From NCBI RefSeq assembly GCF_001194135.2, contig NC_068984.1:86881207-86945206 (forward strand): 64,000 bases of DNA, read 5' to 3'. The position numbers and the translations under genes are program-made. This DNA is from Octopus bimaculoides. Its lineage: Eukaryota. A model generated the notes under the pieces. The model was not told the origin of the DNA. It made no database searches and saw only the letters and a list, made by a program, of their open reading frames with translations. Positions 54,238-64,000 of the stretch are shown here, piece after piece (the stretch's first letter is position 1; every line of letters begins with the position of its first letter).

Positions 54238-57200
54238 TTTATATTAGACCGTTATGAATTCTCATCACAGTTATTTCCCTTCTCCTACACAACTATATGT
54301 AAATCTAAATTTCATACCATTTGAGTTTGCTTTTTACAGTAACCATTTTTATAACGACTTTATATCACTTTTTAATTGTACTCTTTTATTTAACTTCATC
54401 TCTTACTTTTAAATATGTTTTTCCTACAACATCCCGCTTATTTCCTTATATTTAATGCTTCTCTTTAGTCTTTCTGTCAGTAATATGTATTTTATGTGGA
54501 GTTGTTTCTTTCGAGTTCAATATTTATTTATTTGCTTCTAATTTGTTGGTTTAATGTTTTGGTCTCGATTCTAGGCTATACATATATGTATTACAGGCTC
54601 AAAAATTCCCTTCATTCTTCTCTGAAGAGTTCTTGTCATAGCCGAAATGAACTGCATTTTGTAAGAAAACTATGAATTAATACTGTATATTCCAGAAGTA
54701 AATAGCAATGAGTTCTTTTAAATTGTTGATTTTCTAGTCAAACAATTTAATTTCCTAGATCACGCACACGCACACCCTCTACACATACTAGATATCACTT
54801 CAATTTTGTTGAAAACTGCTGATGATTAACTGTAAAGTGACTACAAATCTATACCAAGAATGCTGATATTGATTAACTTGTTTTGTCCACATTTTTGTTT
54901 CAGGTCTTGGTTGGTTCTCATTCTTGAGTAAAATACAAAATTACTTTTGAAAAGCTATTTCAAAGCACATCCTCAATGACTCAGTTCTCTCCACCTGGCA
55001 GGTAGGCAGATACACAGGCCCAAAACTTGTGACTGTTTGCTTAGCATCTTCATAACTCAATACCCTACTGTCATTGAAGGTTTCCATAGTACAGCCATTT
55101 TTAATTCCCAGTCACTCATTTGTGCAAAGTAGCATGCACACATACATATGTGCAATTTACTTGAGACTTATTACTTATCTTTGAAATTCTGAGTAAGAAT
55201 GCTACTGAAAGCTTATTTAGTTTTACAGGTGTTGATCAACAAGGTAAGATAGATCAATTAGATGCTGAACTAGGATTTAATTAAATAGAAATTACTTTCC
55301 ATTTTTATTTACTCAAATTTGTTTCTAATACACTGTCTAGATATAGCTTTTACTAATCACTTTACTCTTTACTTTTATTTAACATTGTTTATCCATTATC
55401 CTAATCTTGTAAGGTTTTGTTTATTCTTTTAGTTGTTTTCACTGTTACCTAAAGATTATATTTATTGTTTGAATAGCCTTATTGGACTTTGATAGATTTA
55501 ATGCATTTTTTTAGAAAAAGAGAAAATAGTAATTTATGTAAGTTTTTTTATAACGAAATAAACAGAAAACGATCAAATTTTTGAATTATATATCTTGACA
55601 TATTTAACCGCAAGCCATTATTGTTCTGTTAATCTGTATCTTTTCCACATGCCCCTTATGTCCTCAAAACTTTGTAATATGAAGACATACTTTGTGCCCT
55701 CCTTTTCCAGAATTAAAAACTATTTTTCAATCCATCTATTTTGTTTGCTTATTAATATTGAGGTTACAAACTATTTCATTATTAGAAACATTTCATTGAG
55801 AACAGTATTCAATAAGAATTAAAACTTATTCAAATCTTATCATTTTTAACATTTGTTATATGACCTAACCTTGTAATACCTAAATGACCAATATTCAGGA
55901 TATATTTATATATATTGGTTACATGATGCATATGGATGTAGACAATTGCACACAGAAGTGTTAATCGCTTAAAGTGGATGGAACTTGTGGAAGAGGGAAA
56001 CCCAAGAAGAAGTATTAAGGCTGATCTCAAGACATTGAGCCTTATGAAGGAGATAACTAGGAACTGAGATATCTGGTGCATTGTTGTACTGAAGAAGACC
56101 CATTCACCACAGAGAAACTGATATCAGTGCTGGTGCCATGTTAAAAGTACTGGTGCTGATGCCACATAAAAAGCACCCAGTACACTCTTTGAAGTGGTTG
56201 GCATTAGGAAGGGTATCCAGTCATAGACACCATGTGATAACAGATAATGGAGTCTGGTGTGGCTCCTAGCCTTACCAGCTCTGGTCAAACCATTCAACCT
56301 ATGCCAGCATGGAAAGCAGATGTTAAATGATAATTTTACAAGAAGAGTGATGATAGTGACTTTGAAGTTTCGGCCTGCTAACTTTCAATGGACACTCTGA
56401 TGAAGGCTAGCAGGCTGAAGCTCTGAAATTACTGCTTTGGTAAAAGTATAATAAATATGCTCTCTATAAAAAGTATTGATGGAAAATTGTTGTAACTTGG
56501 CATAAGAAAGATGTTATGTATAAGTGTGTGTGCGTTAAGATTTCTGAGAGCATGAGATGAGCTTATTTGAACTCTATCTTATTGAAATCTTGATGAACAG
56601 ACTTAGGATTAGTCCTTTAACATATTGAAGATAGAGTATTCTAAACACCATAAGTTGTCAAGAAATGGCTAAATGTATGTAATGTCCATCAACTTTAGAT
56701 TTCGCAAATATGCATTTCATGGTTTGGACCTTGGCTCAATTTTGAACAGGTGTTGAAGTTTCACTGCTGAGCAAAAATTAAACAGTCATGAGTGAAGCAA
56801 AAAGGAAATCATTATTTGAAACTGGGATACCATATCAAATGAAAGCATCTTTGATTAAAGAGATTTTCATACTGTCCGTGTTATTAAGTTTAACCTTTTT
56901 GCTGCCATATTTCTATTGAAATATGTTGCTTTTTGTTCAAGTAATTTTGAAAATAATGAAGTATTTAGTAAATTAACTGTTTTTATTAAGCTGATGTTTG
57001 GGAACATAACATGAAATTTTGATGGAAAGTTTTAACTTAAATAATCCTGAAACAGCAAGATTGTATCGATATATATCTGAAGACATGGGATGAAGTATTG
57101 AAGGCTGATTTCAAGACACTGAGCCTTACAAAGGAGATAACTAAGGAGCAAAATATCTGGTGCACTGCTGTACTCAGGAACAGTCTGCTGTTAAAAGTAC

Positions 57201-57465
57201 CCAGTACACTGGAGTGGTTAGCATTAGGAAGGGCATCCAGCTGCAGATACCATGCCAGAACAGACAATGGAGTGTGATGCAGTGCCTGGCCTTGCAAGCT
57301 CCAGTTGAACCATCCACCTCATGCCAGCATGGAGAATGGACATTAAATGATGATGATAATGATATATAATCAAAATAAGATGAAATTCTTTGACCATGGC
57401 CCACCTGGTGCTAAAGAGCAGACCGTTTTGTTTCAATGTGTCTAGTGTTAGGAAAAACACTTTAA

Positions 57466-57678
57466 CCCTTTTGGTACTATATTTCTGAAATAAATTTTGA
57501 CTATTTCAATTCATTTTGAAAATATTGAAGAATTTAGTTTAGCTTCATCATTATACTAGTGTTTAAAACATAAATTAATATGAAATTTTGATAGGTTTTT
57601 AAATTGAAATCCCTTTTAAAACAAGAGGTTTGTATCATAGAACCAATAGCAATTTTAAGTGGGTTGGTACCAAAAGGA
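57466..57678. mobile_element. piggyBac-like MITE related to the 5737-5958 copy
   Basis: TTAA-CCCTTTTGGTAC left end, GTACCAAAAGG right end; interior similar to the copies at 5737 and 56891. Confidence 0.6.
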
Positions 57679-57684
57679 TCTGAC

Positions 57685-58097
57685 CCCTTTAGTATTCTGA
57701 TTACTCTTGTAAAATGTAATGCTTATCTATTCACAGTTCTGAATTAATTATGCATTATCTTGTATCTTCTGAAGGCAGCAAGCTGGACAAAATACTTAGC
57801 AGCATTTTGTCTGTCTTTATGTTCTGAGTTCTAATTCTGCTGAATTTAACTTTGGTCTTCATCCTTTTGAGGTTGATGAAATAAGTACCAGTTGAGCACT
57901 GGGGTCTGTGTGATCAACTAGCTCCCTCCTCCAAAATGTCAGGCCTTATGCCCATAGTAGAAAGGATTATCTTGTAGCTTTAAGATTTCAATGATGGAAT
58001 TGTTTATTTCTAGTATAACATTGAAAGGTTGGATCTGGCCAGTTTGAACATAAACAGAATATTTGGGCTGAATATGGTTGGTTTAAATGCTAAAGCG
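57685..58097. mobile_element. piggyBac-like MITE (reverse of the 26770 family) interrupted by a SINE at 57765-57965
   Basis: Ends cccctttagtatt and aatgctaaagcg; inner SINE flanked by the 11-bp direct repeat attatcttgta (57754-57764, 57966-57976). Confidence 0.7.
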
Positions 58098-58268
58098 TTT
58101 AACCAGGTGTTTAATCATCAATCTAACAGAATCCTTGATGGTAATATAACTGATTGTTTTTCTGTAGTTCAAATGCAATTCAAGACCCATCAACAGATGA
58201 AATTCAAATTTACTATATTTTTAAATGAGAAATAATCTTCCAGCAAACAACCTATCAGCTAAATGTTC

Positions 58269-58626
58269 GGATCTTTTTTAAAACGGGGGGCCACATTTTT
58301 CATTAACAAAACACTTTAAGTTAGGGTTAGGGTTAAAGCAAATTTAAAATGAAAAAAGCAAATAAAACGAAGGTATGAAGATTAAATACGCTTTACATCG
58401 CTTAATCAGCCAAAGGAGTAAATATAAACAACTGAATACTTGTCAGTGATTGGTTGAAATTATCGAAATAAGACAATTTTTTACATGAAATAAATTCGAA
58501 TACAAAAATATTTTTCTGTTCTATAACACAAAATAGATAAGTATACGAAGTTTGAAAGTCTTTCGGTACCAAAAACACTACGTAAAACATTAATGAAAAA
58601 TGTGGCCCCCGTTTTAAAATAGATCC
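58269..58626. mobile_element. MITE with about 37-bp TIRs and 8-bp TSD (Merlin-like termini)
   Basis: TIR GGATCT(T/A)TTTTAAAACGGGGG(G)CCACATTTTTCATTAA at both ends; TSD AAATGTTC at 58261-58268 and 58627-58634. Confidence 0.85.
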
Positions 58627-60851
58627 AAATGTTCTACTAGAGCCACATCTAGTGTCTAGATAATTGAAACTGTACTGCAATTCTTTGAATGTGTTTCCAA
58701 AGAAAACAAATGAAGCACATCTGCTATTGATGTTGTGAAATTATTCACATCTGTATGGTTGAGGTCAATATTAGATGCAGTTTGTCACATGCACAACAAC
58801 CAAAATCATTTACAGTCTGAATAAAATCAATGCTGCTTGCACTCAATTACCATCTGTTTTGTTATGTTGTATTAAATAAATGCAACAAAAACATTCAGCC
58901 CTGCTATATATTTGGAATGCTAACAGGATTTGGATGTGATAAAATTCTATTATCATTGTAGTTACATGGAATTCTATACTTGAAAGGAAATATTTTACTT
59001 AATTAGGGATGCTTTGTTTTAAATTTTGCTGGTTTTGTCTTTTTGTTCAAGTTTATTCTAGAAAACTTGGACTGATAAGAGCCAAATAAAAAATTGTCAA
59101 CATCATTAGTCCATCCGTGTGAATCATGTCTAATTCTGGGCTGCAAAGGTTCATTATTTTATTATTATTGTTATTTTCTGAGTTCAAATTCCACCAAGGT
59201 TGACTTTGCCTTTCATCCCTTCAGGGTTGATGAAATAAGTACTAGTTGAGCACTGGGATCAATGAATCCACTAGCCTCTCACCTGAGCTTAAAAAAGAAA
59301 AGATGCAGGCCACGTGCCTATAGTAGAAAGGATTGAGATTGCTAAATCCTACATCAATGCTCCTCTTTTATTGAGGAATGGGAATAATGGTATCCTCATC
59401 TGAATCTGAGAAAGAAAGGAATTTACTCAGTACATGACTAGCATTTTACTTTTTTGACTTCAGGAGAATGAATACCAAAGTTGACGTTGACACCTTTAAG
59501 ACATACAGAAAGGTAATCTTTTTGCAAATTGTTTCAGCCTTAATTTTTTCAGTATGGAAAGCAAAGGGACAACAACTGTTACATCCTGATGAAGTTTACC
59601 ATGTCCACATGGTGCCCACTACAGGTATACAGAAATAAACTGAACACTGGAGAAAATATATGTCCAGACTGTCTGGCATATTGCACCCCATACAATTCAG
59701 TACTGTATATCAGAGTGAAGAATCGTTCTCCACTAGGTTGAAGTATAGTATATTCGTTACAACAAATTTGTGCAATGTGTTTTGTCAATTGACTAATTAG
59801 CTATGTACCGTGGGTGTACTCAATCAGAGCTAACATGAAACGATGCAAGACTGACACTAGTGATATATGTAGCAAGGCTGGTGGAGAAGTGATATTGCTA
59901 GAATTGATATTTACTGATAAGTTCTTAAGTTTTTGGGTTTACAGTTTGGATTGATGTAGCCTTTCAGTATTTGGCAGTTTATATATATATATGCTTGCTT
60001 AAGTATATATACATATGTATATATGCTTGTGTGTGTGTGTGTGTGTATGTATGTATATATATATATATAATTGGCACTTTTTGAGGGAGCTTCCTTACTG
60101 TCACTTAAACTGTTTAAAATGACAGCAGCCAAATATCTCTCAAATCACACCACAATATTTTTAAAAAAAGGAAGAATACTGCTGAATATGCTTTGACATG
60201 TCTGAAAAAAGTATGGTTGCAAGTGGAATGCCTTTGATCAGAGGGCTGTTTGCTCAGTGCTATTTTTGGGGATTAACCAACAACTATAAATAAATTTTTA
60301 CTTATTGTAAAAATATCCCCATAGTATCCAGTATTAAGACTTGTGCAGAATAGTCCAGTATAAGTATCATATCATTTGAAATAACAGAGAAAATAAGTAG
60401 TGTAGAACTGTTACTGTATGATGGTTATAACAAATCACAACAGCCTCCAGTATTAAATTTATTTCAACAGCTCTAGATATTATGAATGGTGAAATAATTT
60501 TAATAATAGATTCAGTTGAATATGGCTTCCATTCCTTAGGGCTGGCTGGTCTTGCACTCCACTTCCACTCAGGTACCCTCGCCTCCACACTCAACCATTA
60601 TGCTCAATCCCTTTTCTCCACAACATTCCCTAGGGAACCTTCTCCCTATTTGTGTCCTAAACAGAACATTAATGACATCAAGCTCACCAATTTTGGTCAT
60701 GGGAAATGCTCCATCCTCCAGACTTAAAGAAAATATAAATAACAACTCAAGGAGAAAGTCATAAAAAAAAATCCTGGTTTTCAGAGCCCTGTTAAAATAG
60801 CGATTGTCATTTATCTTAAAATAATATTTTGAGTTATTGTCAAAACCAAAT

Positions 60852-60857
60852 TTTATT
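60852..60857 (-). promoter_or_regulatory. Candidate MRPL19 polyadenylation signal (AATAAA on - strand)
   Basis: Plus-strand TTTATT 25 nt past the MRPL19 stop codon. Confidence 0.4.
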
Positions 60858-60882
60858 TACAAATATTTTAACAAAACCAGAA

Positions 60883-61113
60883 TTATTTTAAGCCTTTAAA
60901 ATGTGAAGAATGTTCAGAAAATTCACTGTAAACTTCACTTGCATCTGTATCATTTACATTTTCACGATAATCCTTCATTAAATCATATTTTTCCCATGGT
61001 TTGGCAACTTTCTTTGCTTTAACATAAAATCTCTCTGGTAAATTTAAATCTTCAACTCCTTTTAAATCCATACGTTCATATCTCAGTAGCCATGGTCGAG
61101 GATTCAGTTTTAC
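60883..61113 (-). CDS. MRPL19: Mitochondrial ribosomal protein L19 (bL19m) terminal exon: VKLNPRPWLLRYERMDLKGVEDLNLPERFYVKAKKVAKPWEKYDLMKDYRENVNDTDASEVYSEFSEHSSHFKGLK*
   Basis: Minus-strand ttttgtag acceptor at 61115-61114; VKxxPxPW..R.ER and KPWEKYDxMKDYR recognised as the metazoan MRPL19 C-terminus; 231 nt, phase 0. Confidence 0.9.
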   Translation of the reverse strand, partial: VKLNPRPWLLRYERMDLKGVEDLNLPERFYVKAKKVAKPWEKYDLMKDYRENVNDTDASEVYSEFSEHSSHFKGLK

Positions 61114-62939
61114 CTACAAAACATAAAATAATTTTCAGCACATCTCATTCTACTCCATGATGTAATATATAAATTGTATAATATATATTATTTTGTGTGT
61201 CTTGTCATAAGTCTTTATCTGTGAAGGCTAACAGTCCTCAGACCACACTTAATTCATTCATCATTCACTGCAAATCTTCAAAATCCTGCAATCAAAGTAA
61301 CAACTTAATGAACTTCTTCTGTCATGTTCACAGTTTATTTTCAGAATTTTACTAAAATTATCTCAGTACTATTTCTTGTACTATATAACACCGACAAATG
61401 TTTTAAACTGCTATGTTTATCATTGAAAATTTGGAAGGACAGACAAAAGTCTGATGTGCTTGCAGATTTTGCATCAAGAGTCACATTACATGTGAAACTT
61501 TCCATTGGTGTCTAGTTCTAAAATTTAGTGTGAGTGCCTGAAATTTTATTATTACAAAGAGGACTGATTATTAAAGTTTAGTGAAAACCTGTATATCAAA
61601 ATAACTTGCTTTTTCACTATTTCTGTCATACATGGTTTGGATTACTTTAATTGCTCACCAGACAAGAGAGTGAGAAACTCAATCAAAGCTTATCTCAATG
61701 TCAGCAAATGTAACATGCAAAAACCTAAACTACATCCTATTCAGTCCATCTCTTTCCTACACTGCTTTTGTTATTCCAATTTAACATATTTTTTTGAAAT
61801 CCTCTAATTTTGTAGCTCTGGTCTATTTACTTTACTGTTATACCAGTAACAATAGTATTTCATGACATTGAGAATAAAATCTTCTCAAAAGCTGATTAAC
61901 AAAGTGAAAAGTTTGTGATTTGTAGAAGGCTGGTAAAGATCATAGATATTGCACCAACCTCCAGACTTATCAAAAAAAAACAAAACAAAAAAAAACAAAA
62001 CCCCAAAACAAAACAAAAATCCCCTTCAGTGTCATTCCTACAGCTATCATTACTTCTTTTCATTCCACTAACAGTAGGTTTTTCTTTCTCAATTCATACT
62101 CCATTAAAATAGCACTCGCATGTCTTATTTTCTTCATTGTTGTTAAGGGTAGATGAGCCCATTGTATTTTAAACATATTTTTCTGGAAGGACATCTTGCT
62201 GTTTCCAAAAAAACAGCCTTACAAACTAGAAAATATTCCATACCTATTCAGATAGCATGAGCCTCACAGAGGCAATGACTAGTGACTGAGACCTTTGGTG
62301 ATATGCTGTGCTTGAGAAGACCTGTCAAGCCAAGTGAAATCGTAGTTATGGCTGATGTTGGTGTCACGTAACTAGCACCCGTGCTGGTGGCACATAAGGA
62401 GCATTTTTCGAGTGTTGGGTCTCACAGAGGCAAAGTGGCTAAGTTCCTTTCGAGCATAGGGCCTCACGGAGGCAAAGAACAAGACATTTGGCATTATGTC
62501 GTGCTCAAGAAGAAGACCCATCAAACCAAGCAAAATCACAGTCATGGCAGATACTGGTCTCACACAAATGGCACCTGTACCGGCGGCATGTAAAAGCACC
62601 CATTACACTCTCAGAGTGGTTGGCGTTAGGAAAGTCATCCAGCTGTAGAAAACCATGCCAAATCAGACTGGTGTCTGGTGCAACCTTACAGCTTACCAGC
62701 CTTAGTCAAACTGTCCAACCCATGCAAGCATGGACAACAGATGTTAAATGTTGGTGATGATGATGACATCCAGGAACTAACATTGTCAGCTTTGCACTTC
62801 TCCTAGTTATGGATACTAAGAGTCCCACTCGTGTATATAAGACACTATGCACAGGTAAACTTCTAGAAACATTTCCTAAATGAAATAGTACAGATGACAT
62901 TTAACAATACAATTAGAATATAAATGAAGGAGAAATTGC

Positions 62940-63127
62940 CTTTGTCGTGTCAACTGGAATCTCAGAACCTTTTGGTAAAGACACAGGTTGAAAATCAAAT
63001 GGAACAGTACTATATTCAGGTGGGGCATCTCTCAAATAAAATAATTCATCATCCAAACGTTTTTGTAGTTTAAGTACTTCAATATTAAGAATATGGGGTT
63101 GATAGATTTCATATCGGATTTCAATCC
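62940..63127 (-). CDS. MRPL19: MRPL19 penultimate exon: (G)IEIRYEIYQPHILNIEVLKLQKRLDDELFYLRDAPPEYSTVPFDFQPVSLPKGSEIPVDTTK
   Basis: Pyrimidine-rich ttctag acceptor at 63129-63128; 188 nt, phase 1 to 0; KRLDDxLxYLRDAxPEYST is the MRPL19 signature; donor is AAG|GCAATT. Confidence 0.92.
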
Positions 63128-64000
63128 CTAGAAGTAATAAAGAAAATACATTTGAATGAAGTGAGTTTTGTTGTTAGTTAACCTTTTAACAAAAATACAA
63201 ACATAATGTATGTTGGAAGGAATTTATAAATATTGGCCAATGCATTGTGGATGAAATTTGGGGAAGGGAAACTGTACAGAATTACTGTATGTATACATAT
63301 ATCATTATCATCATTTTAATGTCTAATTTTCCATGCTTGCATGAGGTAGGCAAGGATCTGTTGAGGCAGAGTTTTTTATGGCAAAATACCCTTCTTGTTA
63401 CCAACTTCTACTTGTTTTCAAATGAGGTGATAACCTCCTCCTCAATCAAACAAACTTATAAGAATATCTAGTTATCCCCCTTGTCTTAGCTATGGATTTT
63501 CACAAGAAATTGTGTTCACCACAGATTGATTCTTTAATTATCTTATGTGAGAATGTTTGCACATGCACATATTTATAAATATATGCATATGTGTACACAT
63601 ACATACACAAATATATATAAAAAAATACATACACAGACCCACATAAATGTAGTATGTCTGTGTGCCTGTGTATTTTTTATATATGCATATAATTATAAAT
63701 ATGGGCTTGCATGAGTGTTCTCGCATAAGATAATTAAAGAATGAATTAATCATGGTGAATTCAATTTCTTGCAAGAAATCCAGGGCTTATGCAAGGGAGA
63801 TAAGAGTTAACATATGTCTTGCAGTTCCTACTGATCATTTTCTCTTTCTCTCTCCACCTTTTCTTCACTAGACTTGAGTAGCCAAGCAGATCCCTCAGCA
63901 GGAACCTGCTCAGCCACCAATCTCTCTCATAGAAATCTCTTTCTTACCTAGCATGATGCTGCCCTCTCCCCACCTCACCCTGGGTTTGTAGTCCTGCAAA

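Noticed and set aside
58321-58335. TTAGGG repeats as a telomere or fusion site
   Set aside because: Only 2.5 units, and inside a MITE
59464-59512. Apparent + strand exon with a good acceptor and AAG|GTAAT donor
   Set aside because: Lies in a decayed antisense SINE A copy, and the next acceptor is only about 40 nt away

Overview
AT-rich, intron-rich eukaryotic DNA. The SINE, RTE and MITE families look like those of Octopus genomes (inference from recognition; species not provable here). Two spliced genes converge tail-to-tail. (1) On the + strand are the last 15 coding exons (405-35706, 1749 nt, 582 aa + stop) of a p90 ribosomal S6 kinase (RSK/RPS6KA). All splice phases join into one open frame, covering the NTKD C-lobe, linker, CTKD, ERK-docking motif and PDZ ligand. 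The 5' exons lie upstream of the window. (2) On the - strand are the last two coding exons (63127-62940, 61113-60883) of mitochondrial ribosomal protein L19 (MRPL19), joined by an apparent GC-AG intron. The rest is introns and intergenic DNA with tRNA-derived SINEs, RTE, Penelope and Hero-type retroelement relics, a deleted mariner, piggyBac-like and Merlin-like MITEs, microsatellites and two assembly gaps. I found no clearly new biological system. The best leads are a phase-compatible alternative RSK C-terminus that would remove the PDZ motif, two hammerhead-ribozyme-like motifs near Penelope debris, the GC donor in MRPL19, loss of one ERK phosphosite in RSK, and several dsRNA-forming inverted repeats.
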